Source of the DNA: Kudoa neothunni
Taxonomy: Eukaryota > Animalia > Cnidaria
DNA: 64,000 nucleotides
Assembly: GCA_964304625.1 (NCBI GenBank)
Contig: OZ199839.1
Span: forward strand, 11,884,479 to 11,948,478
Direction: 5' to 3'
Within the stretch, counting starts at the first letter, position 1. Every line of letters starts with the position of its first letter. The notes below the pieces were generated by a model. It saw nothing but the letters and a program-made list of their open reading frames with translations. It ran no database searches and was not told where the DNA came from. Below, piece after piece: positions 26,187 to 38,509 of this stretch. The translations under genes and the position numbers were made by a program.

Positions 26187-28893
26187 GGTAATGGGGGAGT
26201 GTGCAGCCCCCATTTTTCATCTTTTTGCGCATGTCTGACAATCCCGATTTTATTTTGAATAAAATATTCATTGTTTTAAACTTTCGACCGAACAAAAATT
26301 AGCCCCATAATTAACTTCTAAAAATGTGGCTACAATTCTCGTTCGACTTCTAGTGGTGCGCGCATATTAATGCGCAGGTTAGTTTTGTTCTATTCTCCAT
26401 ATGAATTTAACATATTAACCATTATTAAGCATGGTTTTGCGTTGTTTTAAATCTAATATGAATGGTTGCAACGTCGGCAAAAGTAAAAATAACAGTTTAT
26501 AATTGCACGAAATATCTAAAATATATTAATTTCATCTGCAAAAGTTTTATATCTTTCTTCCTTTGTAAAGTCATTTATCATAAATTTTTTTAGTTTATAT
26601 ATTATTTTTAATATTCCATACAAAATTTAAAATAAGGTAATCTACAAATATATCACATGTATTATTAATTTTCATTCAAAAGCATGTTAACTAAGAATGA
26701 ATTCACATAAACTTTTAATATTGTATATGAAATCCATAAATTTGCAGTTTTATGTTTTATTAAATTTTTGATAAAGTCACTGTGAATTTATAAAATGATT
26801 TTAGAGAAATTCTAAGCGTTCAATTCGATCTAGTTTTTTATGAAGATAATTTTCATAGATAAGTTAGTTATGGTAGAAAAGCATGCTTTTATTTTAATCA
26901 TTTTAATTCTACATACACATTAAATTTTGTGGGTTCGTCTATAGTTTGTAGCTTTCTACATTAAATACATTACGTAAGACCAACAAAATATTGTATTTCA
27001 TGTATTATTACACTCTTATGAGGTTAAAAAGCTCTTATTACAATAATCAATGATTCCGTTTTAAAATAATTCTAAAATATAGAGGAGATTATAAAACTCT
27101 TAATTTAAATATTATATTCATTTTCAATTTAGCACTGCGCGTAGAATAAGAAACATAAATTTAAAGGAACAAAAAAATGGAATCATTAGTCAATTAATTC
27201 TAAGAGATAGGGTTGAGTATATTTATCGAATTTAAAACAAAATTGAAAAATTTCCATTTATTTCTGAATTTCGATCGCATCCATTCTTCGTGAAGATATG
27301 AATCAAGGTACGTTCTGGGGACACCACTCATCCTCCATTGTATTTGTGTGGTAACTTCTCTTGTAGCGTGTTCCTTGGAATGGTTAAGACTATGGGTAAA
27401 TCCATACATTCTAATGGTTTGATATGCTTTCCACTCATCAGTAGAGATTGCGGATCTAGGCACAACTTCTCGACGTATTAATGGTATCAATGTACTCGCA
27501 TCCCCTCTTTAAACAATAAAAAATGTAGATTCTAACAGACTTCTTTTGTCTTCATTATCGACGGAGTATTCGCATGTCATGACCACCCAAGGCCCTTCGA
27601 TACGATTACCATAATGCTCAACAGTGTAGGAATTTTCACTGCATTCAACCTCGTCATTTTCCGATACAGATAGAATATAGGTTTCATTAGGGGCCCTTCT
27701 CCACCAATCATATGCCAAATATTGTCCACTATTATTTTTTCGCGTCCCTCTTAGGAAACATTCATCAATTTCGATAACTTTTATAGGGCCACCAAATTTT
27801 GAACGCAAATAAAACGATTCAGTTGAAATCATCCGAAATTTGGAAAACCAATATATAACCGTTTTTCCAGATAATTGTGCCAAGTTAATTGTTCTCCATC
27901 GCTGTTCTTCGAAACTCCATAAATATACCATCTCAAATATTTCCTGAATTGTTAAATTTGAACAATTACTCCCAAATATGTTAGTTATTGAAAAGAACGT
28001 TGATATTTGAGGAGAACAATGAATTTTGCAGTTTCTACTGTGGAAAAATAAAATATGTCTTACTAACAACATTACTTGGAACAAATAAATGAAAATCTTC
28101 CAGCTAAGTTATTGTTTTGTTCATACAAAGCATTATTACTTAATTTTCTTCTAATAACTTTCAGTTTGAAACTATTACGTCTATTATGTCTTCCGCAATT
28201 TCTGCATCTTGCACGAATTCGGATAAGGTTGTTGTCAATTCACAAATTTGTTAGTCTCTCACTGCCAAGTAAAATGCTGTAAAATTGGCGCTGGCTGCTG
28301 ATAAACACCATAACGAGGATTCGTTAAATGTCGTGTCAACTAAAATGAAAACTACCCTGAAAATACATAAATGTGTTATTTATGTTTGGACACAAATATA
28401 AATACATTAATTATTAGGGGGTCATAAAATAAATTATACATATATTCGAATTAATTTTAGATAAAAACCAAAATTTAAGAGAGAAATCTATTCAAAGTTT
28501 CTTCTTAGTGTGTCCCCAAGAAGTTGGCATAATCAAAGTGATGCAGTTAACGCGAAAATGTTTTCCATTAGAGTCGACAGGAAGATTAATACTTTGTTGA
28601 AATAATGGTGGTAAAAATATATTGGAAATTTAAAATAAGGCAAAGCCACTCTTAATCATGGCCAATATGTTAAATTCATATGGAAAATAGGTCAAAACAC
28701 CTTGCGCATTCACATGCACACGTACCGATTAAAGCCTAACGTGAATTTTTGCAAAATTTTTAGAAGTTATTCATGGAGCTAATTGTTGTTCTGCCAAAAG
28801 TTTAAAATAGTGAATAATTGAGTTAAAATAAAATTGGGATTGTCGGACATGCTCAAGAGGGTGAAAATGGGAGCTGCACACTCCCCCGTTACC
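26187..28893 (-). mobile_element. Merlin (IS1595/ISXO2-like) transposon with long TIRs; transposase disrupted
   Basis: TIRs begin GGTAA(T/C)GGGGGAGTGTGCAGC and stay alignable for ~240 bp; KFGGPIKVIEIDEC, GPWVV, TLIPLI, ISTDEWKAY, HSLNHS, SYLHE; an in-frame stop at 27509 plus frameshifts; TSD degenerate (cgattaag/aaattaaa). Confidence 0.92.
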
Positions 28894-29661
28894 AAATTAA
28901 AGTCTTTGGTAAGTTTTGTTATAAAAAAGAACCGTTTCATCCTTATACTTGTTTGGAATCTAAAAATATCTGTTGAGTCCACTCATTAAATCTTGAAGTA
29001 TCCATGCTTCCAATCTCTCCTTGGAAGTATATTGTATTGGTTGGTTCCCGTGTCTTTTTTTAATCCATGAAGCCAGCCTCTACTTGCAGAAAAATTATTG
29101 AGACAACATTCCTTTCGTTAAGGATGGCTTTTCCATAATGGCAAAACCTGAAACTTATTTTTGCGTTGGAAACCTAGGATACAATTTACAATTTAGTTTT
29201 AAAAAATTTAAAATATCCATAAAAAACTCTTTAATCCTAAAAAATGAGAATTTTTAAATTTTTATCCATTCGCATGTATGGAATCCAACTACGAATGACA
29301 TTACATTCTTATGAATATGCATTAAAAATTAAAATTATTTGTATTTTTTTCTCCTACTATGTATCATGGAATGATGTACAAAAATCTATTATTTCGCTTT
29401 TTTCGTTAATAATAAACTGAAATGGGGTCATTCTAAAAATTCGCTATATCGAGTTTCCGACCTCAAAAAGCAAAAAGCTACGTTATTTGATGGAACCTCG
29501 CGATCGCTATAAGGGACAAAATAAACTTTTAAATTATTTAAAATTTCTTTGTATATATTTATCATTTTAAAACGAACAAACTTGAAAACGAAGTTCAATA
29601 ATTCCAAAATTAATAAATAGAACGTTCAATATCAAAACATCGCTATATCCAGGTTCGACTG
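28894..29661 (-). mobile_element. Truncated pogo/Tigger 5' fragment
   Basis: TIR CAGTCGAACCTGGATATAGCGA at the right end; FSASRGWLHGLKKRHG CENP-B HTH; homologous to 40500-40770. Confidence 0.7.
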
Positions 29662-29873
29662 TGTATTGGCGATAAAAATATTTAATAATCTAGCAATCTT
29701 TATATTTTATATATGATTTAAATTGCGATTTTGCTTTAATTATAAAATATTGCTTTAATTTTATAAAACAACTCAACATTTATGAGTCTCCAACGAAGAT
29801 AATCACCAATAGGTAAAACTAACAACTATTAATTGTTTAGTTAGACAAAAGTGTATATTTTCTTATTTCCATA

Positions 29874-32692
29874 TTACAGATAGTGAACAGGATCTTTGGA
29901 TTTTCTTCTGAAAATAGCTAATAGTATCACCACTAACAAAAGGAGCATAATTGGTATCATCACATATATACTAAACATAATTCAATATGAATCCACGATT
30001 GACTTTTACATGTATCTGATGAACGGTCTATTTAAAATTAAAAAATACCAAAATTTCAACAAAAATTACGGATTTCTATTTTTTGCTGCTTCACGCTCAG
30101 CTTTTTCTTTGCTATCTATGTTATATTATTTCAAATTTAATACAGGTATTTCTATTAATTTTACTAAATTAATTAAAATTAGCAAAAACTTGGTAAAATT
30201 TAATATACCCTTCCTCTACTTTCCTTATTAGTATTGGAACTATATCAAATATCTCAATATTAGTATATTCACTTCTAAGATATTTTTCATCTACATATTA
30301 TTAATTTTACCCATTTTTAAATTAATTATACTAAAATCATAATTAAAAATATATAACTATATTTCAAATACCCCAATAATTTTTTGATTTTTGAATCTTT
30401 ATTCCATAAAATACAATTATTATAGGTTAAAATATACAATTAATTAAAATAATTTTATTTACATGGAATATCGTGGATTTGATAGGTTGAATGGTCCTTC
30501 ACTTTCACTGTTAATCTGTAATCCTTCTCCTTCAATAATCCATTAACATCAATGTTACATCCATTGGCTGAACATTCCTCTTCACCATTACACCAGGTAA
30601 CTGCAGGCTCTGGAATGCCACTTTTAGTCTTCTCATGCAGCATGAATGGACATTTATTATTGTCATTTTTACCTTCAAAGATTACGTCAATTTTCATGTC
30701 ACTTTCTTCGTCCAGCGTATAACTTATACGCGTAACAATATTAACTAAAATCCAATGTAATTAATTTTATAGTTCAGATATATTTGTTACGCGTGGTAAT
30801 ATCAATATTTTTTTCCTTGTAACCATCAGTTGGCTCGATGATTACTCCATAAGTTACCCCGAATTGTAAGTTTGTAATCTTGAACGAACTGTGACATTTG
30901 TTCTCACAAGCCCCTAATCCTTCACATGTAGCCATGAATTTTGGGGTCGATGCGCCCTTCTTTTTAAGATGAATTCTGCATATTGACGATGAATCCACAT
31001 TGGTAAATGGTGTCAATGTGGCAGTTACACCATTCACTGTATTCTCAATATCTGAATCTGTCAATACCGTCCCACCACCTAAAACTTTGTATTTTAAATG
31101 GTTTTCATTCATAGTTACTTGTTCTGAAAATCATTTTTTTGATGTAAGGCTCATTCACACCAAGATCAGTGATCGTCACTGAAATTAAATAATTTGTTCC
31201 AGCCGAAAGGCCGATAATGGAATATGACTCATCGCAACTGTTGTTGCAGTTTCCGTTATTACATATAGCACTAGTTTCAGTGAATAATGTATTGGCTCTT
31301 GATATTTTAATGGTGCATGTTTGGGAATTAATGCCTGTTTTAATGTTCTTATAATTATTAAGTCTGGAAAGTGTGACGCCAGTTTCAGTGATTTCGCTCA
31401 AATTAAAACCAAGGTCACCCCCTATTGAAATATAAATTATACGAACGTAATTATACATTACTTGTGAAATATTGCTTATATCCAGTGGAACCAAATCTTG
31501 GTTTTACAATCACTCCGACCTTTTGATAATTTCTGGATAAATTAATGATACCATCTTGACAAAGTTGATAGCACCCATCCGCCAAAGTCCCACAAGCATT
31601 CAATACACTGTCTATTTTATCGGGATCATCATCATCATCATCATTCACCTCATATACTTTAATGTGGCACATCTCATCGTTATAGGGGCCTGGAGAGAAA
31701 TTTAATTTTATTTGATTATTGTTATTTTCAATAGTTGATACAGAATAAATAATTTGAGATCTTATAGTAATAGTTTTATTAAGGAATGTATTGTTTGTGT
31801 AATAAAATAATGCAGGCCACAAAAGGCTGGATTCAATTTTATAATAATTTATATATCTATCGACCGGGAGATTAGTTGGTTTAGTTTCAACAGTGTCGGA
31901 ATAATTATTCACGTTTAATTCAGTTTCCTTAGATTGGCTAATGGAATTCTCATTTCCATCCACATACACCTTCCATCCTGTTATTGATGTTGTTTTGTAG
32001 GTAAATCGGATTTCATTCCCTTCGTGATTTAATTGATAAGTATTTTTTTGTATTGTTCCTAAATAATAATTTTAAAATAAATTTATTATATAATATGTTA
32101 TTTCTATTATTTATTAGATATAGGAATAGAATGGGTATTGAAATTACCCATTTGTATGACGAATACGTTCACATTTTTACAAGATTTTGCTTTATCGTCA
32201 GTTTCACCATAGCAAACTGATATATAACGATCAATTTTCGAATTTATATATCCAATCTCGATATCGGCTGATTCACATTCTGTCATGCAAAAGTCAGCAT
32301 CATTACCTTGAGCGCATGTTGGTTTGATAAAATCATGGTTATCTTCCAAGTTGGATATTTTTAAAGCGCATTTATTACCACTGGGAAATTCCGACAACGT
32401 TATGGAGAATTTGCCAATATCATTATTATTGTTCTGACCAAACTTTTGTTTTAGTTTTCCAAATCCAGACAAGGCTATCAGAATAATTTTAAAAAAATTA
32501 TAGGGTTTCTCGATCAAAAACGATAATACTGCAACCAAACTCGCAATTAGTGATTAAATTCGATGCTCTTAGTGTTTAAACTTAAATTCTAACTACTTAG
32601 AATCGTTTGTTTTAAAATATTAAAAATTACTTCAAATATATATTAATAACACAACAATTGACAAAAAATATGCATAACAGAGACGGACGCAT
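29874..32692 (-). CDS. Type I membrane protein, Cys-rich head + three 4-Cys FN3-like modules (paralog A)
   Basis: ORF-track pieces join through phase-1 GT-AG introns; TM IYVMIPIMLLLLVVILLAIF followed by RRKSKDPVHYL*; candidate signal exon MRPSLLCIFFVNCCVINIYL at 32692 whose splice junction is unresolved. Confidence 0.75.
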
Positions 32693-33361
32693 TTTAGTTT
32701 TAAAATAACCGCCATATTCTAAGTAATCATGCAATTATTAAATAAAAATGTTTTTAAAAGAAAAACTATATATGTAATGTAGAGATTATGATATTAAATT
32801 TATCTAGATGAATGCTCTAATATGATAACTTCATGTCGTGTTAATAATAGAACGAAATTTATAAATCGTACAATTAATATTTTAAATCAATTAAAATATT
32901 GTTTACTCTACATGAAAAATAATTTTTCCAAATCGGCGCCTAAAGATGAATTTAGTGAACTTAATCATGCTAATTTTAAAATATATGAATATATTTATAC
33001 TGAATATTTAAAGACTATGTTTAGTTATATTATATAAAAAATGAATTATGGATTAAAAATTTAATTTAATATAAATTAAAAATCAAATGTATTATTCGCA
33101 ACTTTGAAAAAATTTATATGAATAATAAATAAGTAATATTCTATAGACTTTTGCATATTATTTTATTATTATTATTTAAAGCTAACAAGTTTGAATTTTG
33201 ATATAATGTATTAATTAAATGAAATAACACATCATAAAATTAAAATAATGGTGGACCATCGTTGAAAATACTTGTAAGCGTGAAAGATTGAATTAGTATT
33301 CATTAAGTTATTTATTTCGTTTAAAAATTATACTTTATTTTTAAATGAAATATATTATTAA

Positions 33362-36300
33362 TTATGAATCGTCATCATGACATTGTTGAGAGCTTGTCCG
33401 TTTCAGACTCATACGACCTGGAACATTTCTATGATGGCAGCAATTTATAAAAACTGTATAATTTAACAAAATATTCAGGTAAATTCTGTCATTGATGAAG
33501 AATAAAAGTTTCTCTCACTGAGTAAAAGAAGACTTGTAGGAAAAGGGGCTTAAAACCCCAATTTTCGTTATTGAAAATATTAGATTACACAACTCAAAAA
33601 GCCTTGAAATTATGATTCTCGATTAAAATTTAAACAATATATTTCTACCACATACTTAACATCCCACGGTTCAATTAAAAATTTATTTACAATCAGGAAA
33701 TAATTAGTGATTAGATATAAGATCATCGATCCAAATGAACTAAATTTGATAATTTTCGAATTTTCCAATAAATCATTCGGTCTCACTACAATCATTTGTA
33801 TCAAAAATGTTAGGTAATTTTTTTTGATCATCTTTGTGGGAGATAATATTAGAATTAACTAGATATATAACCTTTAATTATTATTTTAGGAAAATTAATT
33901 CTTTTTGACTGATCTGTTATGTCGAGTTTGATTGCAAATGTGGCGTGATTGATAGAAAACCATCATACAATAATTATACCTGGAATCGCCATCTTAAATG
34001 GAGGAGATTTTCCACTTACGTAAATCATTAATCTGTAGTTATACTTTTTGTTATAGAAGGAAGATCCAAACTGAATATTGTCGCATTTTTTAATATTCCT
34101 ATTGTCTACACATCCAACACATGATTGCAATATTTTAGTGGGTGAATCTAAGTGATAATTAAATAAATAAGATTATTCTTATTACTGTCTCTTCCTTCAT
34201 GAACATAAAATTGATAATAACAATTTAAGTTATCAGCGTTGCTAATAGTTGTTTTTGATACTATTTTGAGATTACTTTTGGTCGATTCTGTCGAAATTTC
34301 AAATTCAATGGTTTCGCCATCTAATGATTGTTTATTTAATGTTACATACAAAATTTTACTTGTTTTCTTATTTTCCGAAATTACAGCATTGTAATTTCCA
34401 CTTGGTACCACTTTTATATCATATGTCCCACCAGAGTATAACCCCACAAGGGTGAACTCCTGATTACATTTTTTTACGCAAAATTCATTTCCTGCGCATA
34501 TAGCAGGATAATAATATAATTTATTATGTTCTCTCACATAAATGGTACATGTAATTGTTGTATCTGCAGGTTCAAGTGTAAATGTGAATCCATCAACGGT
34601 TGCAGTAACTGTTAAAGACCCACTAGTCAAGTTAGTTGTGTGAGCTAGAATAATATAAATATCTTTTATTACAGTTAAATTATATACTTATTTTATGATA
34701 AAAGTATTTTCTTGGTGAATAATGCGGTATACCGGTTATTTCAACCATAATATCATTGGGTACATCAGTTGGGTTAGCTGGTATATCCATTTTTGCAAAG
34801 TTACAATTTTCTGAATCACTAACAGTTTTTCTTCCATTCTCTTTAACCAATGGAGCATATGCGTTCCACATTTGCAGAGAACAAGTTGGTTGTGTTGAAC
34901 CAGTTATAGCTCCTCCATTTTCATCTTTGTTATTTGCAGAGATATCAATTTTAATTTTATTATCAGACGCAGTAGCAGAAACGTCATTCCCATGTTTCAC
35001 TAAAATTCTTAATTATATTTTCTTGAATATAAACAATTACGTATGTAAATATTGTTTTGATAACCAATAGTGGGCTCCATCCCTAATTTGAGAACACGCA
35101 ATTTTACTGCTTTCACACCTGGAATATTGTCAAACGTAACATTACTACACAGACTGTAGACACAATTTTTATTATTCTCACAAACGTTTGAAAAAAATCT
35201 ATTTTGAGATGACGCTGTGGCATCTATCCATTCAAATGTGCATATGTTAAATGGTTCTTCGTTAACCAGCTTAACTGTTAGGTTATTCTTTGTTTCATCT
35301 ACAGCTAATTCAAAATAAAACCTGCTAAAAATTGGTGCAGTATTTTCAACAAAAGTATTATCATAAAAATAATGAAAGTCGACATGTTTTGGGCAACTTA
35401 TAAAATAATCTTCAACCAACTCATCGAATCGAATTGAGTAACTTCCAAATATACACGGTTGTTGATCTTGAGATTCCTCGAAAAGATTCATTTTATGTCC
35501 ATCCTTAAATCCTTCGCAATTTAGAGAACACTTTTTCGTTCCAAATTTTATTTGATCTTCATGCAATGTTGCTATATGCGGAATCTCCTCAAAATAATCT
35601 TAACAACCTTAAATTTATTATCCATTTTAGTTTTACCCGTGCCGTATGAATAGACTTTTCCCACATAATACATACCATGTACAGTGACTTGATTTAATTT
35701 TGTTGTTAATTTGGATAAAAAAAGCTCGAAATCTTTCTTGTAATAACGCTCTATGATTTCTGTCAAATCGCGTTCAAATATAACTCCATCGTTCCCTCTA
35801 GATTTGCCGGCTATTCCATAATCAACATGAAGATATCTAACGGAAATATAATTCAGTTTGTCTTCACTACTAAGATCAATAATCGATTCCAATTCATCAA
35901 ATTTTTCACAAATTTCCTCAATTTTATCTTTATTTTCGCCAGCATCTTCATATACAGATGATTTGGAATTAAATTTTTTTATCGAACATACAAAGCTTGA
36001 GATATCTAATAAATCACCCGACAATTTCACTTTGTATTTATCTAGTGTTTTGTCATATTTTAGATTCATATAATCCATTTTCACCTCCATATCCCCTAGA
36101 ATAATCAATTCTGGATTATATATTTATTTAATTACTTGTGATTATTAATTTCACTGGTTTTGCGACATTTTCATTAATAATTATTAATTCGTATACTATT
36201 GAAACATCTATAGTAGTCCATGAAATATCAAGTGTGGGAGTCCCCGATGATGTTTGTACAGCAGGATCACATACACTATTTAAACAGTCAAAAATAATTC

Positions 36301-38231
36301 TTTTAGATTCTTGCTCCAAAAGAATATATCTCCATAAACTTCCAAAAGAACCTAGCGTTGTAGGCGTGGTGGCGATGATTTTCATTGCATTAACATCTTC
36401 TGTTTTTTTTACGGTTACGACGATCCCATTAGCTATTAAAAATAATTATTATGCTATTACTCAAAAAACTACTGGAAATAGTTGAGCTAGTAGCACAAGT
36501 GAAATCGCCAGAGCAAACAATTATCTTATAGCTAGTTTTGGGATCAAGATTTACGATTTCAAAAGGGCTAGAACAGGCATCTGAACAAAAAATTTTGTTA
36601 TTGTCTTTCTCGCAGGTTGCAGGAAACTTTGCTGAATCGTCTCCGTCAAGCGAATAATATAATTCGCAAGTAGCAGCATTATTAGTTCCATCATCAAATA
36701 CGTTGGTCGGAGTCAGTGATAGTTTTGTATTATCGGCATTAACGGCAGATGGTGTGATTTGTCCTCCATTCTTAAAATCACTTCCTAATTAATTATTAAA
36801 TAATTTTTTAATATTAGTTATTACCTTTAGTTTTGAAGAAAATATATCTGTGATAATGTTTCACTTCAAAAGAATCTATAGTTTTTAATCCGGCTATTTT
36901 CATCCTTAGGACGTATTCAGTTAACGGTGAAAGTCCTGATATAGTCTTAGAAACGAAATTTTTGCACTCACCATTACATGTTGCATCTTCTCCAGTGCTT
37001 TCAATTCCAAAAAATTTTGGAATAATTTTCATTTCTGCAATTTTTGCTTCACTTTCGACTATGTCATCTTCATTTTTATTTAAACTTGTTAAATCTATCG
37101 TTACTTCGCTATTATTATCTTTATCGACAACGTGAGGTTGATTACTGCCAACTAAAAACTTAATTAAAAGTATAATGAAATTAAATAAATACATGTCACA
37201 GTTTGAATGAATTCTTTTGAAGTGGATTGAATGATTGATTTAACAAGTACTTGAGCAAATTTCAAATCACTATCATTTAACAATGTCGCTTTGTAGCAAG
37301 GTTGTAGGCATGGTCCAGCTTTATTCATATCTGAACAATACGAAGAAAAGTGCGAATCATTAATTTCCTTTATACCAAAGTAACACAACCTTGATGGTTC
37401 CGGGTTCTGTAATTGTATTGTGTAATAATATTTTGAATTAACATTTTGTTTTGCTCCAGATGCAATAAACCAATCTTCAGTTGGTTTTTTAGGATTGAGA
37501 AATATTTCGGGAGATTTATCGTTAAATTCAACAATATATTTTGGTTTATATGATTTTGATTTAAGTTTCACCGATGTATCAGTGTAAAATAATGTGTTCA
37601 CTGCCTGACTTGTTTCAATAACAGAGTTTTCTTTGACAGTTAAACTCATATTGTTTTTACTTTTAACTTTAACTGTAAATTCATCGTTTTCCTTTTCCAC
37701 TCCAAAAATAGTTTTTATTAAAATGTCTATAATAATATCTAGTGGTTTTATATACACTAAGATTTAAATACCCTCGAATGAAAAAAACTCTTTTAGTAGA
37801 GCACTTTTTTACATCACCGTCATTTTTCCCTTGACACCATCTTAAATATTTAATTTTTTTAAATTCATCCCCACTAAACTTCAATTCTATTTTCTTGCAC
37901 TCGTAAATGCACATTTTTGAAATTTGGTCATCATCGGCACCTTCTATATCCGTAGTGCACGTAGGAATGTTTTTAAGCGTCAACTCGTTTTTATCGTAAA
38001 ATTGGAGACCACATTTTTTGTTACTATTTTCAATATTGTATCCCGAAATGAAAAGACTATATCTTTCTGATGTTTGCGAAAAATGATATTTTATCATGTT
38101 ATTATCAATTTCCGACGTAAAAACACATTTTCCAAAGAAAACTAAAAATGGTTCATTATAGAAATACATTGAAAAATACTAGAAAAATATAAAAGGTGTA
38201 TTGATTGGAAATTTCTCCATTTCCACGACAT
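33362..38231 (-). CDS. Larger surface protein, same head + about 7-8 Cys/FN3-like modules (paralog B)
   Basis: Signal exon MSWKWRNFQSIHLLYFS; at least ten consecutive exons linked by phase-1 introns without stops; GLSPLTEY, NLDPKTSY and GLYSGGTY tyrosine-corner motifs; 3' exons (33362-33900) uncertain. Confidence 0.78.
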
Positions 38232-38509
38232 TAATATCCTTTTTTATAATAAGAATAACGATTATTAATCTTTATCATTGTTAAAAATTATCTGTACTGA
38301 TTTATTTTAACGTGTGTTTCATTGATTTAATTCAACTAATTGATCAAAAGCAATGTAGTTCTCTAAGGAACAATAGTATTCAGAAGGAAGATCCGTAATT
38401 TATGGAAAAAAATAAATATTCGTTTCAAAATGATGACATTTTCAAAGTTCACACTCTAGAATGCCTGACAAAAAACTTATAATCTTCATCTGAAAAAATA
38501 ATTCATCAC

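Noticed and set aside
27491-27511. In-frame TAA in the Merlin transposase (and TAAs upstream of paralog A exon 2) suggesting stop-codon reassignment
   Set aside because: Host exons contain no internal TAA and the genes end in TAA; ordinary pseudogene decay explains it
29896-36485. Plus-strand ORFs (29896, 31000, 34756, 35858, 36138) and similar antisense ORFs over transposases
   Set aside because: Shadows of minus-strand coding exons with no independent protein features
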